Both the position numbers and the translations under genes were made by a program. 64,000 nt of DNA from assembly GCF_006345805.1 (NCBI RefSeq), contig NC_042997.1, forward strand, positions 98,642,001 to 98,706,000, written 5' to 3'. Positions 1 to 13,790 of the stretch are shown piece by piece (the stretch's first letter is position 1; each line of letters starts with the position of its first letter). Source of the stretch: Octopus sinensis. Taxonomy: Eukaryota. The notes under the pieces are model-generated. The model was not told the DNA's origin and did no database searches. It saw only the letters and a program-made list of their open reading frames with translations.

Positions 1-50
1 GACATTCAAAATTCCGGGGTGCCAAGTAATTGTGGTAGCCTTTATTAGTT

Positions 51-183
51 ATTAATATACCACATCCCAGAGATATCAAAATGACACCAGGTGTGGTAGA
101 TTCCTCCTGTGAGACATATACAGTTAGTAATATCATTGACGTACTTCTGAAAACTATTCTTTCTCGATATAAGTATATATCCT
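51..183 (+). mobile_element. Penelope-like element RT N-terminal remnant
   Basis: Hand translation INIPHPRDIKMTPGVVDSSCETYTVSNIIDVLLKTILSRYKYIS resembles the PLE RT segment I.IP.P.DLK.RPIVAGP.CETHRLSN.IDILLKP; not in the ORF track. Confidence 0.55.
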
Positions 184-294
184 TCACATTTAAGTGTATA
201 TGAAACATCACTTGAGCAACATTTGAATCGGTTTTCATAATAATGACTATCGGCTTCTTGAACAAGTGTATACTATTTTGTCTTCCTTCATACA

Positions 295-380
<86 letters not shown>

Positions 381-385
<5 letters not shown>

Positions 386-785
386 CAAATAAGAAAATGG
401 AGGAGAACAATAGGTGGTTCAGAAATTTTTGGACATTAGAATGTTAACTTATTTATTAAATTGATAATTATAATAACATACATACATATAGCATATTATT
501 TTTTACGTATAACTCATCAGATATAAAATACAGTATTATATAAGGATATCAGTGATTATCATAAAAAATATGAATATACCAATTTTTATTCATGTTTTTA
601 TAATAATTACTGGTATCCTTATATATTACTATATTTTATAGCTGATATCTTATACGTAAAGAATAATATGCTATATGTATGTATGTTATTATAATTATCA
701 GTTTAATAAATAAATAAGTTAACATTTTAATGTCCAAAACTTGATGAACCACCTATTGTTCTCCTCCATTTTCTTATTTGCGATA
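381..785. repeat. ~400-bp foldback element (long inverted repeat) next to a (TA)n tract
   Basis: tatcgcaaataagaaaatggaggagaacaataggtggttca at 381 is the reverse complement of tgaaccacctattgttctcctccattttcttatttgcgata ending at 785; imperfect symmetry continues to a centre near 580. Confidence 0.9.
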
Positions 786-959
786 TGAATTAATGGTAAA
801 ATATATCTTTACCTTCACTCATTTAGTAGACTAGGTAATGTAATTGCAATGCAATAAAAAAACATTTGTGTATTAATAATTGGGTATTCTACCAGCAGTA
901 TATTGGATAGATATTATCCCTTAGTCGGTTGGATTCACAAACCGTACCGTTCTTGGAAT

Positions 960-1002
<43 letters not shown>

Positions 1003-1020
1003 TGTGTGTATGTGTGTGTG

Positions 1021-1328
1021 GAGGCGCTATGGCCCAGTGGTTAGGGCAGCGGACTCGCGGTCGTAGGATCGCGGTTTCGATTCCCAGGCTGAGCATTGTG
1101 AGTGTTTCTTGAGCGAAAACACCTAAAGCTCCACGAGGCTCCGGCAGGGGATGGTGGCGATCCCTGCTGTACTCTTTCGCCGCAACTTTCTCTCATTCTT
1201 TCTTCTGTTGGCCTGCTCGCTTAGCCAGCGGGGTGGCGTCATTTGAAGGCTAAAACAATGCAAAGCGCATTGTGACCAGCGATGTGTAGCAACATCTAAT
1301 AGCCTGGTCGGTCACGGTGATCACGGTA
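1021..1328 (+). mobile_element. tRNA-derived SINE
   Basis: Head ggcgctatggcccagtggttagggcagcggactcgcggtcgtaggatcgcggtttcgattccc with A box TGGCCCAGTGG and B box GGTTTCGATTCC, followed by a unique body; flanked by microsatellites. Confidence 0.8.
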
Positions 1329-1379
1329 ATATATATATACACACACAGACAGATGGACAGACAGATAGATAAATAGATA

Positions 1380-1439
<60 letters not shown>

Positions 1440-1473
1440 TATATGTATGCATGTATGTATGTGTGTGTGTGTG

Positions 1474-1516
<43 letters not shown>

Positions 1517-2703
1517 GTTCACTATATTTCAAAAGAAAAGTTAATTCGGCAGCATTAACAGTATATCACTTTTTACGATAAAAAGAATTCTGATCCTTCA
1601 TATAGTATGTTTTTTGTAAATTTCTAAATTTCATTTCAATAAACCTTCGTCTTTTATGCTCAAACATTAACTAGCATTCACTATAGTATAATGCAACATC
1701 TAATAAGATGTTACTACTTCATACTATGAAATATTTCTTTAATAGACTGATATTTTCCTGCTTCTTAGCTTCTGACAGTCATTCTGAATTTCCTTTCATC
1801 ACAGCAAAGATTTTCAGATGATATTAATACAACATCAATAGTATTCGCTGATGGTAATTTATTATTGTCACTTTAAAAGAACAGATATAATGGAGTAGTT
1901 TTATGTTTCATACGAATTTTTACGTTGTAGTACATCCTACATCCTATTGCTTATTATTTGGCGCTTTTATGATTTTCTGTTCTGCTTGGAGAATTCCTTC
2001 ATAAGCTCTATATTATTTAACTCTGATTCAACTTTCATTATATTATTGTTAATAGAAAAGAGTTTGATATAAGGAGTTTTTATGCAAAGTTTTCGTTTTG
2101 TACTTCTTTAAGAATCTAATGATTCATAGTAAAACAATCCAACTATGGTACAGAAAATGCGAGTGTAATAAAATATGAATAATATATCATTTAAAATCAT
2201 ACTGTTCTATGTACATTTAACCAGCTTTTTATTCCTTTTGCAACTACCTATGTATATATTTAAAATTTAATACGAAGTTTCTTTTTCCCTTTAGTTCATT
2301 TATTAGTTTAAATCGTTGAACTGCACGAATTATACCCACACTGGCACTTCTCATTATCGATCAGTCTCTCTGACGGGATATAAACGAAGTAAAAAGTAAA
2401 TATGTCACACATGCAGCCACACATACAAATGAATACGTGCATACACACGCACACACATATGTATATGTATAAATTTGTCGGTTGTAATTTTCTACTATAC
2501 GTTATCAATCTTCACCCATAAGGTTATGGTGATTTTGTGTTTGTCATGCTATATATATATATATATATATATATGCACAACACATTTATATACTTATACA
2601 TGTATGCATTTGTGTATGTATATCTGCATGTATGTATATATATGTATGTGTGTATGCATGTGAAAATTAATAGATACAGAAACAGACAGACAGACAGACA
2701 GAC

Positions 2704-2754
<51 letters not shown>

Positions 2755-2759
2755 CAGAC

Positions 2760-2833
<74 letters not shown>

Positions 2834-2851
2834 GTATGTACTTATGTAAGT

Positions 2852-3220
2852 ATGAGTTTTATTTCAAGATTTCGGGCCAATAGACAAAGTGCCGGATTCT
2901 TCATGTATGTATGTATGTATGTATGTATGTATGGTATGTATGTATGTATGTATGTATGTATGTATGTATGTATGTATGTATGTATGTATGTGCAAATTTG
3001 TATGTTTTATGTATGTATTCTCATGCATAAAGTTACATATCTAGACATGCTCATATATATTTAAATGATAAACTTCTGGAAATTTTGACAGATTTTTATA
3101 GTTCCAGTGATGGATTAGATCTGAAGCCTTCGAATTAGCTTTCTCCTTTCTGGTTTTGAGAAGCCTAATTCCTCAAGTTTAGTATTTAGGCAGTGTGTTA
3201 CATATTCCAGGGCCCTAATA
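2852..3220 (-). mobile_element. 3' remnant of an RLE (R4/NeSL-like) LINE, same family as 14870..16790
   Basis: ORF end LNTKLEELGFSKPERRKLIRRLQI matches LNNNLDKFGFSKPERRKLIRRLQI in the 14869..15417 ORF; the 3' UTR is also similar. Confidence 0.8.
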
Positions 3221-3403
3221 AGTATGTATGTATGTATGTATGTATGTATGTATGTATGTATGTATGTATGTATGTATGTATGTATGTATGTATTTATGTA
3301 TGTATGTATGTATGTATGTAGGTAGGTAGGTAAATATACATAGATTCCCAACATTTTTACTCGCAAAACGTTGGCCAACCCGAGGCTATAATAGAAAACA
3401 CTT

Positions 3404-3511
3404 ATTTACATTTGACGGATATTCATTAACACTGATATACTCTCCAGCTTTCATCAGTTGTCCTGGGGAAAGTTCGAATTTGGGATCTCATTCCAAAGGT
3501 ATTTTCGATGC

Positions 3512-3553
<42 letters not shown>

Positions 3554-3757
3554 CATCATCATCATAATAACAATAATAACATCGAAAAATTCCTTTGGCA
3601 TGAGAGTCCAGGTTCGAAATTTCCCCAGGACAACTGATAAAGGCTGGAGAGTATATCAGCCGAAACGTTGTGATAAGAACAAAGAAGATGAGGACAAATA
3701 TCCGTCAAATGTAAATAATGTAAGTAATGTTCATAAGTCTTCTTTCAAATATAAAAC
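3404..3757. mobile_element. Non-autonomous hammerhead-bearing PLE-type foldback insertion with 11-bp TSD, inside a SINE
   Basis: Inverted arms (3404..3504 minus; 3579..3757 plus) around (ATT)n(ATC)n(ATA)n; hammerhead-like CTGATAA-A-GGCTG..CAGCC-GAAA-CGTT at 3634..3669; direct repeat agaaaacactt at 3393..3403 and 3758..3768. Confidence 0.8.
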
Positions 3758-6084
3758 AGAAAACACTTGCCCATACTTGTCGGGAGATCGAACTGAAATC
3801 GAAACCACATGGCTACTAAACCTTGTACCAACGACTATTGGTTACTAACTCCCTGTTAAATGCAGCAATGCTAACATGGTGGCTTCGACTAGGTATTTAC
3901 AATATCTGCACTGATTTATGAATAAAACCCCAGCAACTGCATACAAATTGTACATAAATAAAAAAAAATAAGTCATCCTTCCTCAAAACATATTCTGGTG
4001 ACCGTGGCGTTACTGTGTGTAGTTCTTTTTGTTTAATATGATGTTCATGAGTGTAGCACCTCATTTGATCCTCTCAATTCCAACACCCAGTTTTCAAATG
4101 AAGTTTCTGCATAGGAGCAATAGTTTGCACCTTGTACCAATAACACGCATATAAAACGGTTTTATGTTATTACTAAGAAAAAAAACTTGCTCATGACATA
4201 TTGAACTGCTATTCGTATCAGGTCATCATTTCATTAACTAATATCTAAACATAAAACTAAATTATTTATTCGTTTCACACTCAAACGAAATAAACGAAAG
4301 CCAAACATTAAGTATCGTAACTTTTTCTCCACTATTAATAATCAGCAGCATTCATCAATTAGTTCTTAACACTATTGAATTTGGAAGAGGAGGAAAATAG
4401 GCTTGTGACGCTAGTCTTTATGGTAATGCGGCTAATTACTCAAATCAAATATACTACCATCAGCGTTGAGTTATTTTCACTAAGTGTTAAAAGGCTTGCG
4501 GCTTCTTTACAGAGACAATAGAGTGGTGTTAAAAAATTCAGATACTCACTGCCGAGAAGGCTAAAGTGAAAACACATTCGAATTACTGTACATATATACT
4601 GTCTAGATAGTAAAAGTCGTCATAAAGGATACTACAGTAATTAAAGGTATGTGTAAAGATGTGTGTATATGTAAATATACATATTTATTACATAGTGTGT
4701 GTGTGTGTATAAATATATGAACATTAGGTTTAGGTAAAATAGGTTTGTTACATATTTCTACTTTTAAATGAGAATTCACAGTAGTTAACGTGAAGAGGAA
4801 ATTCTTGTTTATAGTAATAGCAAATATTCCTCACCATTGCTTAGCACAGATATTGTATTTTTTCAGGCCTGGTGGTTAACGAGCGCAGCTCAGTCACTGG
4901 TATTTAATTGAGCCTGTTAAGATAACGCTACAGCTTTAGAATCTGTTATCTTTGTTCGACACCTCCCACTGAGGAAGGGAAAAGTACCAGAAAAACGCAG
5001 TAGAGTCATTTTATTATAAGCAAGAATTCCGTCTCCGCAGCAGCAGCAGCAGCAGCTTTCAGAGGTAGAAATACGTCATATATATTTCAACTAACTAGAA
5101 CAATGCTCTTGTTAATAGTAGCTTGAAAGTTAAAATGCATTGCAACTCCTTAAGCAAACATTTGTATCATTAAAATAGACCTAAGTATAGACCTAGGAAA
5201 ATAATTTCGTTCGACCCCCGTCCTACCTCCCATTTTCTCCTTAAGTGTTAAAATTAACATAGACAGATTCTCATAGATAAACGTTTCCCGGAAAATCACA
5301 AGTACAGAAATATCTTGAACAATTCCTCAATTAAATTATCATATAGTTGCTATCCCAGTATAGAGAACACCCACTTGACAGTTGAAGCTGTTGTGACTCT
5401 GGATCTTCCCACTCGACCTCTCAATTTTTTTTTCGTGATTTCTCTTGTTCTATCGTACTTATTTGTAATTTGTATATAAGCCATGTTTTCACGATCCTGA
5501 CAATTACTTGGAGACAACAGGCGAGTCAGAAAAACCTACATTTGACCACTTCTGTAACGTATGAAACAAACAGTTGCTCATAACTATATATTGTGTACAT
5601 TCGTACATTAAACGATGTGTGTGTGTGTGTGTTTATATGCAAGATGCCGTTGAATTAGGTTCACGCACAACAATATTATATAAATATCAAATTCGGTACA
5701 TAACTACCGGTCTAATGATACTCTTACAGTGTATGTAGACACTTAGACCCAGTTGCGTGAAGAAATCTGCTCATGAGTAATTCAGTCATGTACATTATAT
5801 TATGTTAAATATATAGTTCCTAATATCTACGAAGAGCAGATTCCGAGACAGGTGAATAAAATATAAGGAACAGTACTGTTACTCATTTATATGTATATAT
5901 GTATATACATACACATATATGTATGTATATCTATATATATGTATGTATGTATAAATAGATGTATATATAAACTTATATATATATATATACACACATTAAA
6001 TAGTAAAACGAGCGTCGTTACAACCCTGAACACCGCAATATCGAATCTTAAAAACCATAATACTAGAATTATTTTTCTACGTTA

Positions 6085-6445
6085 GGCACAAGATCAGTAT
6101 TTTGGGAGAGAGGGCCACCCGATTAGATCGACCTCAGTACGCAACTGGTACTTAATTTATCGACCCCGAAAGGCAAAGTCGACCTCAGCTGAATTTGAAC
6201 TCAGAACGTAACGGCAGACGAAATACTTATGTATTTACTACCCACAAGGGGCTAAACACAGAGGACAAACAAGGACAGACAAACAGATTAAGTCGATTAT
6301 ATAGACCCCAGTGCATAACTGGTACTTATTTAATCGAGCCCCGAAAGAATGAAAGGTAAAGTCGACCTCGGCGGAATTTGAACTCAGACAAAATACCGCT
6401 AAGCATTTCGCCCGGCGTGCTAACGATTCTGCCAGCTCGCTGTCT
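6085..6445 (-). mobile_element. Dimeric tRNA-derived SINE
   Basis: Two tandem copies of the abundant ...gttctgagttcaaattccgccgaggtcgactttgcctttc... body; same arrangement as 57810..58190. Confidence 0.8.
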
Positions 6446-7688
6446 TCACAATACTTGGAAGCTTGAAATAACAAGAACTACATTGTGGAATAACATGATA
6501 TGAAAAGGTCAAAATTCTAAAGTTTTAAATATTTTAGAGTGAAATAATTGGTAAAACGTCTTGAGTGGGGCATTGATTTTACAGTTTTAGGGTCGATTTT
6601 ATTTGAGAATCATATCGAATTATATCTATTTAAAAAAAGAGTAAAAGTGTTCTACAGTCAAAGGATATCGAACATAAAACCCAAAGTGCAAATAGCAGTT
6701 TACATTTTCATATTACAGAATATTTTCGTTCTTTCAATTTAAACGTTCTTTGAACTTGAACGTAATAATTTTCATTTAAAGAATGAATTTTGAAACATGG
6801 AATAAATAATTTAATCTCACGCACATGCTTGCATCCACTTAGCCTTCACGCTTTCGTTGCATACTGACAATTTACAAAGTTTCAGTATGTCAATAATAGG
6901 TTATTGACATACATAAGGTTGTTTTGACAAGCATGTTATGCATTTCTCTCTCACTCTCTCTCTCACTTTCTCTGTCTTTCTCACTCTCTTTCTCTCGGAA
7001 TGTGTGTGTATGTGCATATGTGGGTATGTGTGCGTGTGCTTTACTAAAGAGAGTGTTACTTTACAAAGAAACAGGTTGAGAAAGAGAGAGAAATAGAAAG
7101 AGAGAGAAAGAGAAAGAAATAGAGGGAAATGACTTTTGGGTGACGGAAACCAAGTATTACTAGAAGACTGAAATATCTAGAAAGATGAGAAGGCAGAAAT
7201 AGAATGAAGCAAACTTGAGGGCTGGAAGGAGAATGAAATGGGGGATTTCCTTGTTCTTAACGACGGAAGCCCTCCTTTCCGACATTCATTTTGTTCTCTT
7301 TGCACTACAAATACATTCTTTTCCAAATTCTCTGTACTTGACTCTTCCAATACAACTTCCCTACACATTTAGAGATAATTAAATTCTTTGTTACTACCAG
7401 ACTCTGATAGCCTAGGGACTCACTTTTTTTTACAACAATGGCTTTTATCAAAATTGTCAAGACTTACTATTTTTCTAGCGGATTATAGACTTAGAATGTT
7501 TTGAACTTTACCAGGTATGTATGTGTGTCTGTGTGTGTGTATAATGCACACATACATATCTAAATATGAACGTGCACACATACATACATATATATATATA
7601 CACATACATATATATCTATATAATTATATATATATATATATATGCATATATATATATGTATATATATATGTATATATATATGTATATA

Positions 7689-7754
<66 letters not shown>

Positions 7755-7974
7755 CATATATATATATATATATATATAAATTTGTTTGGCGTTTAACCAT
7801 CCAAATACATGAAAATATATACATATATATACTACAAATACTACTATTATGATAGCACAGTAATCTGAGGACCAACTATCACCCTTACCACTACATCCAC
7901 CCTTGCTACTATTACTGTTGCTGCAGCCATTGCTGCTAATACACATGAAAACAATATCAGTGATGATGATGATG

Positions 7975-8044
<70 letters not shown>

Positions 8045-8046
<2 letters not shown>

Positions 8047-8808
8047 CGTATAGAAGGTGGTACAGGCCTTATACAGCTGGAAAACTACTATAAAATAACC
8101 ACCATAGGACTGCAAAAATATCTACTTCAGAAGGAAGGAAAACTGATACAAATAGCGGCAAAACACGAGCAAAACAAAAAACTGTTCTCAGTATTTAAGG
8201 AAGCTGACAAATACAAACAAGAAATCATACCACCTAATAAATATGAAGAAGAAGAAGAAGAAGAAGAAGAAGAAGAAGAAGAAGAAGAAGAAGAAGAAGA
8301 AGAAGAAGAAGAAGAAGAAGAAGAAGATGAAGAAACAACAAAAGCTATAAAACAAATGAAATCCAAACTAAAAATAGAACAGCAACGAACCATGATAAAA
8401 CGATGGCAAGAAAAGCCCCTTCATGGTAAATACTGGACTAAACTAAACGCAAAAGAAATAGACAAAGAAAAATCCCAGCAATGGTTGAGAAGCTCAGGAC
8501 TCAAAGCAGAGACAGAGGGATTTTTAATTGCGGCACAAGACCAAAGCCTCCCCACCAGAAATTACCAAAAACATGTAATGAAAAGAAATATAACAAGTAA
8601 CTGCAGAATATGTGGAGATGGACAAGAAACAATAAATCATATTATCTTTAGCTGCCCAGTCCTGGCTAAGAAGGAATATATTCACAGACATGACAGAGTT
8701 GGAACCTACATACATTGGAAGCTATGCCAACATTATGGAATAACAACAGAAAAAAGATGGTATAGGCACACACCAGAAAACGAGAAAGCAACCATACTCT
8801 GGGATATG
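8045..8808 (+). mobile_element. R4/Dong-like non-LTR retrotransposon fragment A (post-RT region and CCHC zinc finger)
   Basis: [78 protein letters not shown]; starts right after (ATA)n; internal (GAA)n gives the poly-E. Confidence 0.85.
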
Positions 8809-10540
8809 AATGCCTACAGATGTTTGGTGCTGCTGACAACATCACAAATTTTCTGATGCATAGCATGAAAGAGTGGAAAACCAAATTGTACTCAAGTAAT
8901 GTATTCCATGGAGAAGTTAATATTAACAGAGGAATCGTGCAAGGTGATTGGTTTTTTTTCCCGTTACTATTTATAATTGCACTAATACCCATAACAGTGA
9001 CACTTAGGAAAGTTAAGATGGGTTACCGATCATTGAATTATCTTCTGTTTATGGATGACCTAAAATTGTTTGGGAAATCTGAAAAAGAGATTCCTTAACG
9101 AAAACAGTACAGAAGTGAGGTAGGGACATGGGTATGGAATTTGGGATTACCAAATGCTCAGTACTTAATATGAAATGTGGGAAGAAATCATCAAGCAGAG
9201 GATTGTGGTTACCATCAGGAGAGACCATGGGTGAACCCGATGGTAATGGGTATAGATATTTTTGGAATTTGGAGCTGGATGGCATCCTACACACAGAAGT
9301 GTAAGTCAACGTCTGTGAGACGTATCAAAAAAAGTTGAAGATGTTGAAAACCAACCTGAATGCCAAAGATCTGATTACCACAATGAATATCTGGGCAGTT
9401 GCAGTGGTGAGATATAGTGTGTTCATCCTCAAATGGACTAGGGGGAAATATCAACACTGGATAGTAGGACGAAAACGTTTATGACGCTGCATGGGGCGCT
9501 ACACCCTAAAGCAAACGTAAACAGACTGCAAATTAAAAGAAAGAATGGTGGCAGAAGACTAATTAGTATGGATCATTGTACAAGTAGTGAAAGGAGAACG
9601 CTTGCCGAGTGTTTGATAAATAGCGATGAAGACCAATTGCAGTATGCTGCGAAAGATATGGGTGTAAATGCTGATGAAATGATGAACAAGGAAGAGTTTA
9701 ACCAAAGAGCTGAAGAGAAGAGAAAAGAATACCTTCTTGAAATGAGAATACATGGACAGTTTGAAAGGAATACATAGGACTTTAAGGATAATACAGCATT
9801 GTGGGCATGGCTTGAGCGAGGTGATTTCAAGTGTACCACCGAAAGCCTGATCATTGCTGCACAAGACCAGGCTCTCGCTACCAATTCAGTGAATTATAAC
9901 ATATATAAAACTTCTGACATCCAGAAGTGCAGACTCTGTGGAAAGAGTGAGGAAAATGTGACCCACTTGGTAAGTGGATGTGAAAGCCTTGCACAAAAAG
10001 AATACAAGCACCACCACGATAAAATGTGTGTGTATCTTCATTAACTCTTAAATACCAGTATGTAGTAACAGAGAACTGGTATGTGCATGGACCAAGTAAA
10101 GTTATGCAGGAGGATGGAAAAGTAACGATTCTATGGAACAATGATTTTCAGACGGCCGGATATTGTTATATTGAGTAAGAGAGACAAATACTGTCTTATC
10201 ATTGATATAGCCATACCAAATGACATGAGTGTCGTGAGTAAAAGGGGTGAAAAAATCACAAGTACTCCAAATTGATAGTGGAAATGTCAAGAATGTATGG
10301 AAAGCGAGAGGGTAATGTAAAAGTGATACCAGTGGTGATTGGAGCGTTGCACACAACCCCATTGAAACTTCGAGACTTCTTATGGCAACTGGAAATTCCA
10401 TGCAGGATTGATGTCATGCAAAAAGCAGCCTTATTGGATATAGCGCACATCTTAGGGAAAGTATTATGTGTCTGAGGTCCTTGTTGTGACTTGACAGATG
10501 ACCAAAGACTCCGGTGCATTTTTACCTAGACTGTGTTACG
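8809..10540 (+). mobile_element. R4/Dong-like non-LTR retrotransposon fragment B (RT motifs 4-7, zinc finger, RLE nuclease, 3' UTR, (AAT)n tail), frameshifted
   Basis: RGIVQGDW..PLLF, LLFMDDLKLF, ALHPKANVNRLQIKRKNGGR, CRLCGKSEENVTHLVSGC, VIPVVIGAL; (AAT)n tail 10541..10620. Confidence 0.88.
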
Positions 10541-10553
10541 AATAATAATAATA

Positions 10554-10620
<67 letters not shown>

Positions 10621-10621
<1 letters not shown>

Positions 10622-11590
10622 TAATTGCAAAGACAAAAGCACATGAAAATTTAGCTAGCAGATGGGAACAGAAACCTCTCCATGGCAAGTATGTGGCCCG
10701 TAGCAAACAAGCAGATGTCGACCAGAAACACACGCACCAATGGTTACGAAGATCAGGGCTAAAAGCAGAGAATGAAGGTTTCATATTAGCTGCTCCAGAC
10801 CAAAGCTTATTAACCCGGAACTACCAAGCTAATGTAATAAAATATGGAGCTGACCCAAAATGCCGATTCTGTAACGATGAGATTGAAACAATAAACCACC
10901 TAATCTCAGGGTGTAGAGTCTTAGCAGAATATAAAGCAAGACATGACAGAGTCGGCTAGTATTTACATTGAACAATATGTCGGTATTATAAAATCAAAAC
11001 TGCTGACAAATGGTATAAACACCATCCTGAAGCTGTGACTGAGGGAGAAAATGTGTCGATTCTATGGGACTTCCCTTACAGACCGACAAGACTATAAAAG
11101 CTAATAAACCGGATATTATTATAAAAGATCAGACAAAAAAGATGTGTTTATTAATTGACATGAGTATCCCTTGCGATCACAATATAGCGGCGAAAGAATT
11201 TGACAAGATTAGTAAATATAAAGACCTGCTAATAGAAATTGAAAGAATGTGGCATCTCAAGGCGACTACAGTACCAGTGATTGTAGGATCTCTAGGAATG
11301 ATAAAAAAGGTACTGAAACCTATTTGAAAATGATTCCAGGCTTACCATCCCTACAGGAAGTGCAAAAAATCGTATTAACTGGAACGGCTCATGTACTGAG
11401 AAGAGCATTATCGCTGTGAAAACAACATCCATCCATGAATTTATTTATTTATTAATTTTCAAATACATATTTTTATCTGTAAATTTGCGTGTGTAATCTG
11501 GGAATGTATACAATGAGCTTCTCTGCCCTAGGTATATGGAAAACACTCGGCGAGAAACGGGAGAAAATTTGAAGAAAGAAGGAAAAAACA
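10621..11590 (+). mobile_element. R4/Dong-like non-LTR retrotransposon fragment C (zinc finger, RLE nuclease, 3' UTR, (AAT)n tail)
   Basis: WLRRSGLKAENEGFILAAPDQSL, CRFCNDEIETINHLISGC, KANKPDIII..CLLIDMSIP.D..KEFDKISKYKDL (PD..D RLE motif), VPVIVGSLG. Confidence 0.88.
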
Positions 11591-12378
11591 TAATAATAAT
11601 AATAATAATAATAGTTATAATGATGGTGATGATTATGATGATGATGATCATCATGATCATGATCATGATCATGATCATGATGATCATGATGGCGATGATG
11701 ATGATCATGATGATTAATTGTTTACTGATTTGGGCACAAAGTTATTATAATTATGATTATAATTATTATAATTAGTCGATGCTCTCGATCCCAACACTTG
11801 ACTGATACTGTATTTTATGGACATGATAGCTAAAGGTGGCTCTGGTTGGATTTGAACTGAGTAAATAACGAGTTGGAGGTGCTAACAAGGCGTTTTAACT
11901 GACATTTAACGCTTAATCAATAAAATAACGTGAAATCATTGGGTGGTTCACGTCTTTTAGCATAAGGCATTTTCGTCCGCGTTACGCAGCTTATGTTGGT
12001 CAGGTACCAACTTGATTGCAAAGTTAACCACCCATTGTTCGACCCTGTTAATCTCAATGCACTTGATAGGTTTCTCTACAGCTTTCCTAGAGAATTCCGC
12101 TCCTCTACTAACCAATCATTTAAGGATTTTGCGGTGCAAGCATTCTCTAAAGTCTCATCAGCTCGACTCTATGGGTACAGAGTGTATTCGAGCCTCTGTT
12201 CTGACAACTTCCTACCATTTTTTTATATATGTTCTTGTTGGTTTCTCTCTGACATTTTTTTTCGAAACATTCTTCCCATGGAACTGTATGTTCCAGCTTG
12301 ATGTGTTTAGCGGTGCAATAGAAACTCGCAAAAAACATTGACATGTAGTAGTAGTTGTTGTTGTTGTAGTAGTAGTAA

Positions 12379-12415
<37 letters not shown>

Positions 12416-12419
12416 AGTG

Positions 12420-12452
<33 letters not shown>

Positions 12453-12592
12453 TTGGTGGTGGTGATGGTGGGGTGACGGTTGCAACTCAAGCGAAGCTTG
12501 CATCAGAATTATCGTTGCATCTTAACACTACTCTTGTTATGCTATCATTCTTTTCGTCTAAGATTCTTGGGTTCTCTCTCTCTCCCCCCTCT

Positions 12593-12633
<41 letters not shown>

Positions 12634-13403
12634 GAGTTAAGAAAATATTTCCAACAGAAATGCTTTAGAAAAATAAAAGATGCTTTCAATTGTGCAAGTT
12701 GTAGCAATCGAGGATAAACTTATTTATACGTTTGCTTATTGTCATGTTCGAGTGTTCTTATATCAAAAGTTCCAGTCAGAGCAATCTTTCAGTTTCCCAA
12801 ACTTAATTTATATGTTTTAAATTCATTTGAACGTGTTTTCTTTTGAATTATATTATGTACACTCATGTCTACGCTCACTCACAAAACGCTCTTATACGCG
12901 AATATATAATCACATATAATCACGCATAATTCATTCGCGTTTGCAAGCACTCACGAATACATCTACAAACATATTACTTTTCTACGATGATTCTTTCCTG
13001 GAATCCATGATTTCATCATAACAGCCACAAAATCATATTTTAGCTTTTATACAACACTTTCCAAAATCGCGATGATCTAAAAAAAATCTGAATTTAAAAT
13101 TCTATCTTTATGCCTATTATTGAATAAGTGATTTCTTTCATCGATATTTTTTGAAATTTTAAACTCGTAATTGCTTCTTTGATCACAAAAACTATTTGCT
13201 TTGCCAGTAGATATGGATAATAATTTGGTCATAACTTTTGTTGAATTCAGGTGTATTTCATTGGTTTATTATTACCGAATATGATATTGTAATTGAAGTA
13301 TCGTGTAAACAATTTGTTTGATTATAACATTTAATATTCGGTTGCTTGAAAAGGATTTCGAAATATTAAAGTAAATCATGTTTTAGTAAAAAAATTAATC
13401 GCA

Positions 13404-13536
13404 GTGGCTGTGTGCTACATGGTTCCGGGATCAGTCCCACAGCATGGCACCATGGGCAAGTGGCTTCTACTATAGCCTCGGGCTAACCAAAGCCTTATGA
13501 GTGGATTTGGTAGACGGAAACTGAAAGAAGCCCGTC

Positions 13537-13604
<68 letters not shown>

Positions 13605-13790
13605 TTGTCTCCCCAACATCGCTTAACAACCGATGCTGATGTGCTTACGACCCCGTAACTTAGCGGTTCGGCAAAAGAGACCGACAGAATAAGTACTATG
13701 CTTACAAAGAATAAGTCCTGGGGTCGATGTGCTCGACTAAAGGCGGTACTCCAGCAAGGCCACAGTCAAATGACTGAAACAAATAAAAGA
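13404..13790 (+). mobile_element. tRNA-derived SINE with internal (TA)n(TG)n
   Basis: gtggctgtgtg..catggttccgg..cagtccca..gggcaagtg.cttctactatagcc..gaaactgaaagaagcccgtcg; same family as 31743, 55120 and 60440. Confidence 0.85.

Noticed and set aside
4867-5066. Acceptor-like site, (CAG)n run and weak donor
   Set aside because: No sustained open frame; cannot support a non-coding exon or regulatory role from sequence alone
11993-12341. 100-118 aa ORFs and a minus-strand CTGATGA
   Set aside because: No recognisable domain; no stem II plus GAAA after the core; may be an old repeat
13256-13300. ttcag|VYFIGLLLP, resembling an aquaporin last exon start
   Set aside because: It lies upstream of the NPA exon, lacks W and GP, and hits a stop after 13 codons
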